DNA of 64,000 nucleotides from an uncultured Actinomycetes bacterium (GCA_963824995.1 CAWGRK010000004.1:1-64000); one strand, 5' to 3'; positions 30,875 through 40,700 are shown, counted from the first letter of the stretch. A program made the numbers and translations. The notes: generated by a model not told the origin, from the sequence alone.

Positions 30875-32344
30875 ATGGACACGGAGATCGAGGCCGTCGC
30901 CGATCGATACATTCCCGAGGCTCCGATCGGGAGCGGTGGAATGGCGACCGTATGGCGAGCGCACGATCGAGCGCTTGACCGCCCTGTTGCCCTGAAGCGG
31001 CTCCACCCCCATCTGGCTGCGCTACCCGAAGCGGGCGCCAGGTTCCGCAGGGAGGCGTTGGCTGCGGCCGCGCTTGACCACCCCGGAATCGTGACGGTTC
31101 ACGACGTCGGGGTCGACGCCAGCGGTCCTTACCTCGTGATGGAGTTCGTCGATGGCGAGAGTCTCTCGTCGCGACTCGGCAAGCTAGAAGCGCTTCCCCC
31201 GGCCGAGGCAGCCCGCATCGCCATGGCTGTGGCGGAGGCGCTGGATCACGCCCACCGTCGTGGGGTGGTCCATCGCGACATCAAGCCCGCCAACATCCTG
31301 CTCGGTCCGGGAGACCGGGTGCGGGTGGCGGATTTCGGGATCGCCCGCTATCTCCTGGCTGACGACCAGCTCACCGACAGCGGAGTCGTGCTCGGAACGA
31401 CGCCATACATGGCGCCGGAGGTGATGACAGGCGGCGAACCCGGGCCACTGGCCGACTTGTACGCCCTCGGTGTCGTCCTCTACGAGATGCTCACGGGTCG
31501 TTTGCCCTTCTCCGGTGATAACGCTTTGGCTCTGACAGTCGCCAAGAGAGAGCATCGGCCCACTCCACCATCTGCGCTGGTCGATCTCCCAGCGGGTTTG
31601 GAGCGGGTGGTCCTCACGGCCATCGAGGGGCAACCGAGTGCCCGTCCCGCCGACGCCGCGTCATTCGCTGCGGCTCTGCGACCGTTTACTGAGGTCGTAA
31701 CACCGACATCTCAGACGCCACTCGACGCTGGGGACCGGCCGCAGCCAACGGCGGTCACAACTGTTGTAAGGACGCCACGACACGCTGGTGGCCAGGCCCG
31801 CCGACCCTTGGGCTGGGTGCTGGCCGGACTGGTCACTGCGGTCGGAGTGGCGGCGATCGCGGTGACACTCCTTGACGGCCAGAACGGCCTGAGGGAGAGG
31901 AGTGCATCCGCCACATCGATGGCAGTGACATCTGTAAGCACTGGGGAGCCGACGAACCCCACTATCGCCGCGGCCGTATCGGTACTCACACCGACGACAG
32001 GTCGTCCGGCGGCCGCTAGCACACCACCGCAGGGCACGCCGGCTCGCGCCGTGGACGACCTGCGCTCCAGCATCGCCGGGCTAATCGCCACCGGCTCGAT
32101 CGAAAAGCAGTTGGCCAACCGCTTCGATCGGGACACTCAAAAGGCGCTCCGCTACTGGGAGCGGGGCAACGACGAGCGGGCCGGGGAGGAGCTCCGCGGC
32201 CTCCTCGATGTGCTCGACACGACCCGAAACGATGGAGTGGCCGAGGATGCAATCCGCGAGCTCAACGATCAGATCGCCAGAGTCGCCCGAACCATGGGCT
32301 TGGGCGAGATCAGTCCGAACGATGATGACGACTCGGGCGAGTGA
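30875..32344 (+). CDS. Hanks-type Ser/Thr protein kinase with one TM helix and a small helical extracellular domain
   Basis: GSGGMATV, VALK, HRDIKPAN, DFG, YMAPE, DLYALG; TM WVLAGLVTAVGVAAIAVTLL. Confidence 0.93.
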   Translation: MDTEIEAVADRYIPEAPIGSGGMATVWRAHDRALDRPVALKRLHPHLAALPEAGARFRREALAAAALDHPGIVTVHDVGVDASGPYLVMEFVDGESLSSRLGKLEALPPAEAARIAMAVAEALDHAHRRGVVHRDIKPANILLGPGDRVRVADFGIARYLLADDQLTDSGVVLGTTPYMAPEVMTGGEPGPLADLYALGVVLYEMLTGRLPFSGDNALALTVAKREHRPTPPSALVDLPAGLERVVLTAIEGQPSARPADAASFAAALRPFTEVVTPTSQTPLDAGDRPQPTAVTTVVRTPRHAGGQARRPLGWVLAGLVTAVGVAAIAVTLLDGQNGLRERSASATSMAVTSVSTGEPTNPTIAAAVSVLTPTTGRPAAASTPPQGTPARAVDDLRSSIAGLIATGSIEKQLANRFDRDTQKALRYWERGNDERAGEELRGLLDVLDTTRNDGVAEDAIRELNDQIARVARTMGLGEISPNDDDDSGE

Positions 32345-32442
32345 GGTTCTGGCAGAACGGGTGCCGTCTCGCCGAATGAGAGGCCGCGTTTGATGGCGAT
32401 GGCTCTGGGGTAGCGCCGATCCCGACCGACGAGGGAGGATCG

Positions 32443-32640
32443 ATGCCAGTCCATCGGGGCAAGGATTCCAAGGGACCGTTCTACCAATGGGGCGGCGAAG
32501 GCAAGAAGTACCACTACACGAGCGGCAACAAGTCCAGCCGCGATGCGGCCAAGAAGAAGGACTGGGCGAAGCCAACGCCGGTGTGGACCAAGTGGTATGA
32601 ACCTCGCCCCCCTGGGAATCGACCGATCGGCGCTTCGTGA
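32443..32640 (+). CDS. Small basic hypothetical protein
   Basis: GGAGG SD upstream; Lys/aromatic-rich MPVHRGKDSKGPFYQWGGEGKKYHY with strong GC3 bias in the first ~45 codons. Confidence 0.65.
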   Translation: MPVHRGKDSKGPFYQWGGEGKKYHYTSGNKSSRDAAKKKDWAKPTPVWTKWYEPRPPGNRPIGAS

Positions 32641-32689
32641 CCTGGTTGGCCGGATCGGTATCGCATCCCGCTGGCGTTTCGGCTGGCGC

Positions 32690-32939
32690 AGGATGGTCGA
32701 GCCCGTCGTCGCTCGTCGCGACGCCGAAGCGTTCAGCGCATCCGCTGGCTTTCGGCTCGCGCCGGGTGGTTCAGCCCGTCGTCGCTCGTTCGCGACCAGG
32801 GCACTCCACGATGCAGGTGGCGCTCGCCGGCGGCGAGCGTGCACCGACGTCAGAGGCAACCGCTTGGCAGGTGGGACACCTCTGCGACCCGGACGGGCAC
32901 GGTGACGCCGCCGATGGCATCGGGGCACCGACGTCATGA
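32690..32939 (+). pseudogene. Possible decayed VOC/glyoxalase gene
   Basis: Fragments RDAEAFSASAGFRL and ALAGG..AW..LCDPDGH in different frames. Confidence 0.25.
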
Positions 32940-32961
32940 GCCGACCAACCGCTTCGCCAGG

Positions 32962-34182
32962 TCAACCCTCTTTGCGACCGATTATCCCTGGCAGCGACAG
33001 ATAAACGGAACGGACCGCCATGATGCGGTTGATGTCGGCGACGACCCGGGAGTGGAACTCGCCTCGGTAAGTCTTGTCGGTGAGGGCGAGACCTGTGAAG
33101 TAGAGGCCGCAAACGCCCCCTAGCAGTGTGGAAGCGATGAGCAGTTGAAGGGACAGCGTTCGCGGCTCGCCGATGAAATCGAAGCCGATCAGCTCGTTGA
33201 CCGGCGCGCCGACCCATGCTTCCTGCACCGGGGCCGGGACCGCCAGCATCCCGAGCAGCACCATGAAAAGCGTGACCATCACCGCAACGAAGAGTGATTG
33301 GACGAACTGGCTGATCAGCATCAGCACCAAGACGTTGAGTCTCTCCAGCCGATGCAGTGGGCGGCGCAGGTCGTCCGTGGAGAGGGTGGTGAAATTCAGC
33401 GGTGATGCCGGAGTGTCGGCCAAGAGCTCTGGCCAATCAGGTGATGGCCCACGCCGTTCGATGAGGCGGATCTCCTCCCTTGCTTGGGTCACCACCAGCA
33501 CCCCACCGACGATCACAAAGAGGAACATGATCGCCGCCAGATCGACCGCTCCGATCTGGTGGGACGCCTGCCAGAGCTCCGAGGCGAACAAGAGGAACAC
33601 GACCAGGATGAGCAGCAGCGGCAGCGTTCGGGCGACTAGCAAAGCGATGTGCGGCACGTTGTCGCGCAGGTGGCGAAGGCTCCAACCGGCCAGCTCGAAT
33701 ACTCCAAGGCTCACGACGGCATAGATGATCCCGACGCCAATGAGGATGAAGCCCGGAGTGAACAGGCGCACCTCGCCGACAGTCACGAATCCTCGGAAGG
33801 CGCCTGGGTCGCCCGTTATCACCGAGGCCACAACTCCCGGCACTATTCCGATGACTGCGATGTCGAGCAGGTCGAGACGGCTGACCGACCCGAATGGTGG
33901 ATGCTTCCGGATCCAGAGAAACCCACCGATCAAGGTCACGGTGAGGGCGAGTGCCAGAAGTATCGATCCAATGTTCGAGATGAGCGAGCCTTCGAGACGC
34001 TGGGTCCAGATCCAAACGGTGCCCACCACGATCCAGATCCCGATGAGCGGGACCGCTCGGCGGTCGATCCGCTGCTCGGAGCTGTAGCCCTCGATGAGCT
34101 GGGGTACACCCCTCGCCGAGAACCAACGCTCTATCGATCGCCGAGCCCCGTTCGGGACGTCATCTCGACTAGACGCTGCCAC
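32962..34182 (-). CDS. Uncharacterised multi-pass membrane protein
   Basis: Many hydrophobic segments; ERWFSARGVPQLIE, RTLPLLL..FLLFASELWQ, ERLNV; TACCCT upstream of GTG 34182. Confidence 0.75.
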   Translation of the reverse strand: MAASSRDDVPNGARRSIERWFSARGVPQLIEGYSSEQRIDRRAVPLIGIWIVVGTVWIWTQRLEGSLISNIGSILLALALTVTLIGGFLWIRKHPPFGSVSRLDLLDIAVIGIVPGVVASVITGDPGAFRGFVTVGEVRLFTPGFILIGVGIIYAVVSLGVFELAGWSLRHLRDNVPHIALLVARTLPLLLILVVFLLFASELWQASHQIGAVDLAAIMFLFVIVGGVLVVTQAREEIRLIERRGPSPDWPELLADTPASPLNFTTLSTDDLRRPLHRLERLNVLVLMLISQFVQSLFVAVMVTLFMVLLGMLAVPAPVQEAWVGAPVNELIGFDFIGEPRTLSLQLLIASTLLGGVCGLYFTGLALTDKTYRGEFHSRVVADINRIMAVRSVYLSLPGIIGRKEG

Positions 34183-34375
34183 CGACCGGGGAGGGTAGCC
34201 AGGCGTCCTTAACGGTTCGTTCGAGATCAGAAACCCGGAAAAAATCAGTGTCGTCCATTGACGCGCTGCGTGGTCAGCGGCATACTTTATGTGGTAGGGG
34301 TGGGTTGTTTTGTGAGTCCACAATCGTGGTCTCAGTAGCGAGCCGGGCAATGCCCGGGGGAGGTGGGGGAGTCCC

Positions 34376-35332
34376 ATGTTCACTCTTGACGGCAAATCGG
34401 CACCACAAAAGCCGCTCTCGAGGATCAGGTTGCTTCTTGGCATTTCGCTTGTCGTCGTCCTTGTGTCGGCTCTCGCATTGCCGTGGGCCGGAGCGGTTCC
34501 TCCAGGCAACAACGGCACGGTGAAGATCGACGGAGTGGCCTTCGATGACCATCCGAACAACGAGCCGCACGTTGGCTGTGTTTTCCAGGTCGATTTCTAC
34601 GGCTACGACGAAGGTGACCTCACTGCCGACGTAACCTTCCGGGCCCATCCGCCGACCGGCACCGACGTACTACTCACCGACGAGGTCTTCATAGGCGAGG
34701 ATCCGGCGGGTGGCGGCACCGATCTCGATGCGAGCGCAACCTACGATCTGAGCGCCGTCTTGGCCGGCTTCGAGCCGCACCCTGTTCAGGGCTTCCACGT
34801 GAAGCTGACGATCAACGCCGAAGGCTCGCAAGGCGCCGATGTCAAGCACAAGGTGTTCTGGGTCACCTGCGAGCAGCCTCCGCCGACCACGTCCACGAGC
34901 AGCACCACGTCCACGAGCAGCACCACGTCCACGAGCAGCACCACGTCCACGAGCAGCACCACGTCCACGAGCAGCACCACGTCCACGAGCATTCACGACA
35001 AGACGGGCACGATCATCATCGAGAAGTACGCCCTGCCGTACGGCGATCAGTCGTTTGCTTTCGGGGGTGATCTCGGTTCATTCGTGATCGTGGACGACGA
35101 GCAAGGGACAGGGAACGCGGGATCGCAACAGGCGTTCACCGCCCTGGACCCCGACAGCTACACGATCTTCGAGGAACCGGTGGCGGGGTGGGACCTGGTC
35201 AGGATCGCTTGCCAGGTGACCGTGGGTAGTGCCAGCACGTTCACAGTCAACCTTGCGGAGCGATCGGTGACCATCGATCTTGTCGCCGACGAGACGGTCT
35301 ACTGCGACTTCCAGAACCGAAAGCCGCTTTAG
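34376..35332 (+). CDS. Secreted protein: Cys-containing N domain, (TTSTSS)n linker, prealbumin/SpaA-like C domain
   Basis: Hydrophobic leader; PPGNNGTVKIDG..NEPHVGC..KHKVFWVTC; GTIIIEK..YTIFE..GWDL..C..ETVYCDFQN. Confidence 0.75.
   Translation: MFTLDGKSAPQKPLSRIRLLLGISLVVVLVSALALPWAGAVPPGNNGTVKIDGVAFDDHPNNEPHVGCVFQVDFYGYDEGDLTADVTFRAHPPTGTDVLLTDEVFIGEDPAGGGTDLDASATYDLSAVLAGFEPHPVQGFHVKLTINAEGSQGADVKHKVFWVTCEQPPPTTSTSSTTSTSSTTSTSSTTSTSSTTSTSSTTSTSIHDKTGTIIIEKYALPYGDQSFAFGGDLGSFVIVDDEQGTGNAGSQQAFTALDPDSYTIFEEPVAGWDLVRIACQVTVGSASTFTVNLAERSVTIDLVADETVYCDFQNRKPL
34886..34991 (+). repeat. Perfect 18-bp tandem repeat ACCACGTCCACGAGCAGC, 5 full copies plus a partial copy
   Basis: Read directly; encodes TTSTSS. 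Confidence 0.95.
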
Positions 35333-35391
35333 CCCACCATTCCAGACACAACACTCGGCCGCTCACCTCGAGGTGAGCGGCTGAGCGACGC

Positions 35392-36429
35392 TCAGGTCAA
35401 GGGATAGGGCGACTGGACCCACCACGGAAGGTTGGAGATCTCCAGCCGGACCACCCACTTGACCCACCAGAAACCTCGCCGAGCCGGTGCCACGATCCGA
35501 GCCGGGAAGCCGTGGCCGGGTGATAGAGGCTCGCCACCGACCTCTGTTACCAGCCACATGGAACCCATGTCGGACACGGGGAAGCGTCTGGCATAGCCTG
35601 TCGCCGACCAGGCGACCAGGCTGCGAGCCGAGCCTGGCTGGACCAATCGGTCGAGCCGGACGCCGCGCCAGACCTGGCTGCTAAACCAACCGCTGGTGCA
35701 GTCGAGGATGGCGGTCAGGTCGTCCATCTGAAGGGCAGCGAGATCATCGAGTCTCAGAGACCGTCCCCCGCCGACATCCTCGACGACGAGGCTCCAGGAG
35801 GAGCCATCGATTTCGGGGGTCCGGTCGTCGAGCCACGACGTCACCGGGAGACCGACTGGATCGAGCGAGGATCGCTCGTGTGATCCGGTGAAGCGCCGGT
35901 CAGCGCCGGGGAGGCGGGCCAACGCGATGGCGCGGTCAGCGGCGAACCAGGCCACCGCCGCCGCTGACAACAGTCCACCGGTCCTTATGAGGTTTCGCCT
36001 GCTCAGGTCTTGACGGCGGGGCAGGGTCTTCCGAGCCAGCACGTGCCAGATCGCAAGCGGGACCAGTACCAGGGCAGCGACGACGTGTACCCAGAGCACT
36101 GTGAGTGAGCCGAAGCCACCGGGCCATCCGATCGAATGGAGGATCCCGGTGAGAAGCACGATGGACGCGAGCAGAGCGAAGAGGAGCGAGAACATTCGTC
36201 CTCGGTTGCGGCGGGCCAAACCCTTCCGCACCACCAGCGACTTCCAGGGGGCGACGATCAGGATGGCAAATCCAACGACACCGTGGGCCACGGCGACCCA
36301 TCCCAGGCCGGGGGTTCCCAGAGCTTGTGCGGCGAGACCGGTGACCAGCGCACCGCCAAGCAGGAGCAGCAGCACGAGATTGGTTCGTCGGCCGCCGAAA
36401 GTGCGACCGCTTTCGGGACTTTGCGTCAT
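35392..36429 (-). CDS. Molybdopterin-dependent oxidoreductase (sulfite oxidase family) fused to an N-terminal membrane domain
   Basis: TM helices with His residues; LDCTSGW, WRGVRL, SATGY, PLSPGHGFPARIV, GFWWVKWV. Confidence 0.85.
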   Translation of the reverse strand: MTQSPESGRTFGGRRTNLVLLLLLGGALVTGLAAQALGTPGLGWVAVAHGVVGFAILIVAPWKSLVVRKGLARRNRGRMFSLLFALLASIVLLTGILHSIGWPGGFGSLTVLWVHVVAALVLVPLAIWHVLARKTLPRRQDLSRRNLIRTGGLLSAAAVAWFAADRAIALARLPGADRRFTGSHERSSLDPVGLPVTSWLDDRTPEIDGSSWSLVVEDVGGGRSLRLDDLAALQMDDLTAILDCTSGWFSSQVWRGVRLDRLVQPGSARSLVAWSATGYARRFPVSDMGSMWLVTEVGGEPLSPGHGFPARIVAPARRGFWWVKWVVRLEISNLPWWVQSPYPLT

Positions 36430-36515
36430 GGGCCCTTCCGACCAAGGATGGCACTCCGCAGCCGATCTCGCTGTGCCCTGCCAGAGTGATGCCAAGCGAC
36501 GATCGAGGAGCCTCC

Positions 36516-37367
36516 GTGGGCCGATACGCCATCAAGACCCCGCCGCAGAACGCCAAGTGGGAGGACATGCTCGCTATTTGGCGGGAAGCGGACGACATCG
36601 ACCTGTTCGAATCTGCCTGGAACTTCGACCACTTCTATCCGATCCACGGCGACCCCAACGGCCCGTGCCTGGAGGCGTGGGTCACCCTCACCGCCCTGGC
36701 GCAGGCGACGTCTCGGCTCCGCATCGGGTGCATGGTCAACGGGATGCACTTCCGACACCCTGCGATCACCGCCAACATGGCGGCATCGCTCGACATCGTG
36801 TCGGGCGGCCGGCTCTACCTGGGTCTCGGCGCCGGCTGGCAGGAGCAGGAGGCCGCCTCTTATGGGCTCCACCTGGGGACGATGAAAGAGCGGATGGACC
36901 GATTCGACGAGGGCGTCGAGGTGATCGTCCGTCTCCTCACCCAGGAGACCACCGACTTCGAAGGTGAGCACTATCAGCTCACGGCGGCACGCTGCGAGCC
37001 AAAGCCGGTCCAGCGACCGAATCTGCCCATCGCCATCGGCGGCGGTGGTGAGAAGCGCACGCTCAGGACCGTGGCGCGATGGGCGGACTGGTGGGATGGG
37101 CTCCAGGCCCAGCCCGAGGAGTGGAAGCGCAAGCACGAGGTGCTTGTCGACCACTGTGAGGAAATCGACCGCGACCCGGCCGAGATCACCTGCAGCGTCC
37201 ACGTGGGTTACTCCCGGGACGACGACCTCGGGGCTGTGGCCGCTGCCGCCGCCGAGCGCTTCGAGGCAGGGGCGGACGTCGTCGTCTTCAGCATGCGGTC
37301 TCCTTACGACGTCTCGATGGTCGAGCCGCTGGCAAAGGCGCTGTCGTCGGTCGGAGCTTCCCGCTAG
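36516..37367 (+). CDS. LLM-class (probably F420-dependent) oxidoreductase
   Basis: WNFDHFYPI, EAWVTLTALA, RHPA, SGGRL.LGLGAGW, GGGGEKRTLR. Confidence 0.9.
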   Translation: MGRYAIKTPPQNAKWEDMLAIWREADDIDLFESAWNFDHFYPIHGDPNGPCLEAWVTLTALAQATSRLRIGCMVNGMHFRHPAITANMAASLDIVSGGRLYLGLGAGWQEQEAASYGLHLGTMKERMDRFDEGVEVIVRLLTQETTDFEGEHYQLTAARCEPKPVQRPNLPIAIGGGGEKRTLRTVARWADWWDGLQAQPEEWKRKHEVLVDHCEEIDRDPAEITCSVHVGYSRDDDLGAVAAAAAERFEAGADVVVFSMRSPYDVSMVEPLAKALSSVGASR

Positions 37368-37398
37368 GAAGGACCGGCTTTACTGCCAAAGGAGAACG

Positions 37399-38280
37399 AT
37401 GCAGGTCGGGTTCATCGGACTTGGTGACATGGGGCAGGGGATCATCCCCCGCCTGATCGATGCCGGTCACAAGGTGACTGGCTGGAACCGGACCATCGAG
37501 AAGGCGGCGCCTCTCCTCCAGATCGGTATGGCGTGGGCCGACTCGCCCCGCCAGGTCGCCGAACGCTCCGAGGCGGTCATCTCGATCGTGACCGACGCCG
37601 CCGCGGTGCGGGATGTCGCCCTGGGCGATGAGGGGGTGATCGCAGGGTTGCAACCCGGATCGGTCTACCTCGACATGAGCACCATCGATCCAGGCGAGTC
37701 CCGCTCGATTGCCGACAGCTTCTCGGCGGCAGGTCTGACCATGCTCGACGCACCGCTATCGGGGAGCCCGATCACGTTGTCGGAAGGTAAGGCGTCGATC
37801 ATGGTCGGTGGCGACCGGTCCGCCTTCGATCGTGTGGAGCCGATGCTGGCGGCGATCGGTCCAAAGGTGAGCTACATCGGTGCCAGCGGCGCCGCCGCCC
37901 AGATGAAGGTGGCCATCAACCTGTGTCTGATCGTCGAGATGGTGGCGTTCTGTGAAGCGGTGGCTCTCGCCGAGAAGGGCGGCGTGTCACGGGAAATCGC
38001 GGTTGACGCCATGCTGCAGAGCGTGGTCGCCTCGCCGGTCATGGGGTACCGGGGACCGTTCATCCTCGAAGGCGGGATGCCCGAGAAGCCACTGGCCAGT
38101 GTCCTCCTCCAGCAGAAGGACATGCTTCTCGCCCTCGACCTGGGACGGCGCCAGGGAACGCCGGTCCCTCTGGCCGCCGCTGCCAACGAGATGCTCAACG
38201 CCTGCCACGGCCTCGGGCTGGACGAGCGGGACTTCGTCATCGTGTTCGACGTCTACCGAACGATGGCGGGGATGCTGTGA
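37399..38280 (+). CDS. 3-hydroxyisobutyrate dehydrogenase family NAD(P)-dependent oxidoreductase
   Basis: GFIGLGDMG, DMSTI, DAPLSG, MKVAIN, QKDM; AAGGAG SD. Confidence 0.9.
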   Translation: MQVGFIGLGDMGQGIIPRLIDAGHKVTGWNRTIEKAAPLLQIGMAWADSPRQVAERSEAVISIVTDAAAVRDVALGDEGVIAGLQPGSVYLDMSTIDPGESRSIADSFSAAGLTMLDAPLSGSPITLSEGKASIMVGGDRSAFDRVEPMLAAIGPKVSYIGASGAAAQMKVAINLCLIVEMVAFCEAVALAEKGGVSREIAVDAMLQSVVASPVMGYRGPFILEGGMPEKPLASVLLQQKDMLLALDLGRRQGTPVPLAAAANEMLNACHGLGLDERDFVIVFDVYRTMAGML

Positions 38281-38675
38281 CCGCCAACTTCCGTACCAGC
38301 CGGCACGACATTCCGGTGGTGGATGGTCTAGCCGCAGCCGAGGGATGGGTGGACATGCGGGTGCAGTTCCTCGTTGGCAAGGCCAACGCCGGGTCCGACC
38401 AGCTGCTGCTCGGGTGGACGGTGCTCCCCCCGGGAGCTCGCCACGAGCGGCACCGTCACCCCAACGCCGACGAGTTCTTCGTGGTGCTCAGCGGTGCCGG
38501 TCAGGTCTACACGGATGAGAACATGGATTCTGCAGTGGAGGGGGACGTCATCTTCACCGAGCGCGGGCACTGGCACGGGTTCGACAACACCGGTGACGAG
38601 GATGTCACGCTCGTTTGGGGATGGAGCGGTGCCGGGTCGCTCGAGGACGCCGGCTACGAGGTGTCACCCACGTGA
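38277..38675 (+). CDS. Cupin domain protein
   Basis: HERHRHPNADEFFVVLSG and GDVIFTERGHWHGFDN; GTGA coupling to the upstream gene. Confidence 0.88.
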   Translation: MTANFRTSRHDIPVVDGLAAAEGWVDMRVQFLVGKANAGSDQLLLGWTVLPPGARHERHRHPNADEFFVVLSGAGQVYTDENMDSAVEGDVIFTERGHWHGFDNTGDEDVTLVWGWSGAGSLEDAGYEVSPT

Positions 38676-39373
38676 CCACGTCGCCAGTGGATGCCCGGAT
38701 CGAGCGAGGTATGAGCCGGCAGCTCGAGGAGCGCCGACGCCTGCTCGACTCGGGGGCGCGGCACATCGGTTGGAAGGCAGGTTTCGGAGCGCCCGCAGCG
38801 CTGGAACGGTTCGCTCTGACCGGACCCATTGTCGGCTTCCTCACCAGCGCCACTCTGATTGCGAACGGGGCAAGCGTGGCCATCGGCGGGTGGGCCAACC
38901 CCGTCGCCGAACCCGAGCTTGCGGTCCACATTGGGATCGACCTGCCGCGGAATGCCAGTGCCAACCAGGTCCGCCAGTCGATTGTGGGAATCGGCGCCGC
39001 CATCGAGCTCGCCGACATCGACCCCCCTCCCGACGACGTCGAGGAAGTCCTCGCCGGTGACATCTTCCATCGTGCCGTGGTGCTCGGAGGGCCCAGTCCA
39101 GCACTGGCCGGCGGGAACATCGAGGGACTCACCGCCGCGGTCGCCCACAATGGCATCTTGTTGCACCCGGTCACCGACTTGGAGGTCCACACCGGACGGT
39201 TGCTCGACGTTGTGGCCCACATCGCCGCTACCTTGGCCGACTCCGGGCAACAGCTTCAGGTCGGTGACGTGGTGATCACCGGCTCGACCATCCCGGCGAT
39301 CCCGATCGGACCCGGGCAATCGGTCGAGTTCAGGCTGGGCGACCTGGCGCCGGTCTCGGTACGGCTCCACTGA
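38672..39373 (+). CDS. FAH superfamily, 2-keto-4-pentenoate hydratase-like protein
   Basis: GWKAG, EPELA, AIELAD, LQVGDVVITGS; GTGA coupling. Confidence 0.8.
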   Translation: MTTSPVDARIERGMSRQLEERRRLLDSGARHIGWKAGFGAPAALERFALTGPIVGFLTSATLIANGASVAIGGWANPVAEPELAVHIGIDLPRNASANQVRQSIVGIGAAIELADIDPPPDDVEEVLAGDIFHRAVVLGGPSPALAGGNIEGLTAAVAHNGILLHPVTDLEVHTGRLLDVVAHIAATLADSGQQLQVGDVVITGSTIPAIPIGPGQSVEFRLGDLAPVSVRLH

Positions 39374-39598
39374 ACCGATTGAGGGGGATCGGATCGGCCG
39401 GCACCGATCACACGCTCACCGGGCGGCTGAGCCGATTCCGGTCCACGCTTCCGCCCGATGGCGATCCCGAGCGACATTCCCGCCACGCCCAGGGCAGCCA
39501 CGGCGGCGACGATGGCCGCTATCGCCAGCCCCGAGTGGCGACCTTCGTCCGCTGTCCACAAGATGTGACGAGTGGAGGGTGATGATTGGTTCAGAGGG

Positions 39599-39705
39599 GA
39601 CGGAAGGCGGAAGACGGAAGACGGAAGACAATCCAAGAACCGCCGAGCAAGGAACGGGTGGAACGGGCTTCTGGTCTGAGTACTGAGTGCTAAGTACTAA
39701 GTACT
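39599..39705. repeat. Two heptamer tandem tracts, (GACGGAA)x~4 at 39599-39629 and (CTRAGTR)x4 at 39676-39705
   Basis: Read directly; the second tract overlaps the asd stop codon. Confidence 0.8.
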
Positions 39706-40700
39706 TTCTCCGCGATCTGGACGGCGTTGAGGGCGGCGCCTTTACGGAGGTTGTCGCCGGTGGCGAAGAGCGTGATGCCTCCCTCGACCATGGTGCGGCG
39801 GACACGACCGACGAGTACGTCGTCAGAGCCAACACTGTCGAGTGGTGTGGGGACCCGGTCCTCCCACAGGGAGACACCTGGCGCTGCAGCCAAGATGCGC
39901 CTGGCCTCTTCCACATCGAGCGGTTCGGTGAACCGGAGGGTGGCCGAGACGCTATGCCCCACCATCACCGGGACGCGGACACAGGTGGGTTCGACCTCGA
40001 GAGTGTCGCTCTCGAGGATCTTGCGGCTCTCGTTGACCAGCTTCCACTCCTCTTCGGTGTAACCGGTTCCGTCGAGGGTCCCGGCCAGGGGCAGGACGTT
40101 GTAACCGATCGGCCGGGCATACAGATCCCCACCCGGGTCGGCCCATCCCCCAGCGACCAGCGCGTCGCGGTCGGCGCCGAGTTGCTCGATCTGTCGTGAA
40201 AGCTCATCGATCCCGGTGCGCCCCGACCCGGAGACCGATTGATAGGTAGAGACCACCATCGAGGCGAGTCCGGCGTGGCGGTGCAGCGGCGCAACCGCCA
40301 TCAACAACGTCATCGTGGTGCAATTCGGGTTCGACACGATGCCGGAATGCCCGGATATGGCGTGGTCGTTGACCTCGGCCACCACCAACGGGACCGCCGG
40401 ATCCATCCGGAACGCCGACGAATTGTCGACCACGACCGCTCCGACTTTGGCGAATCGCGGGGCATGATCCCGACTTCTCGTGGCGCCGGCGGAGAACAGC
40501 GCCACCTCGATCCCCGCCGGGTCGGTCGTCTCGAGGTCCTCGACCTCGATCTCCCCCCAAGCGGTCTCCATCTTGTCGCCCGCCGAGCGGGCCGAGGCCA
40601 ACAATCTGAGCCCGCCCACGGGGAAGTCCCGCTCGGAGAGGATCTCGAGGATGGTCCGCCCCACCGCACCAGTGGCTCCGACGACGGCGACGTTGGTCAC
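39690..40700 (-). CDS. asd: Aspartate-semialdehyde dehydrogenase
   Basis: [52 protein letters not shown]. Confidence 0.97.
   Translation of the reverse strand: MTNVAVVGATGAVGRTILEILSERDFPVGGLRLLASARSAGDKMETAWGEIEVEDLETTDPAGIEVALFSAGATRSRDHAPRFAKVGAVVVDNSSAFRMDPAVPLVVAEVNDHAISGHSGIVSNPNCTTMTLLMAVAPLHRHAGLASMVVSTYQSVSGSGRTGIDELSRQIEQLGADRDALVAGGWADPGGDLYARPIGYNVLPLAGTLDGTGYTEEEWKLVNESRKILESDTLEVEPTCVRVPVMVGHSVSATLRFTEPLDVEEARRILAAAPGVSLWEDRVPTPLDSVGSDDVLVGRVRRTMVEGGITLFATGDNLRKGAALNAVQIAEKVLST

Noticed and set aside
34886..34991. CRISPR-like repeat
   Set aside because: Head-to-tail 18-mers without spacers, in frame within a CDS.
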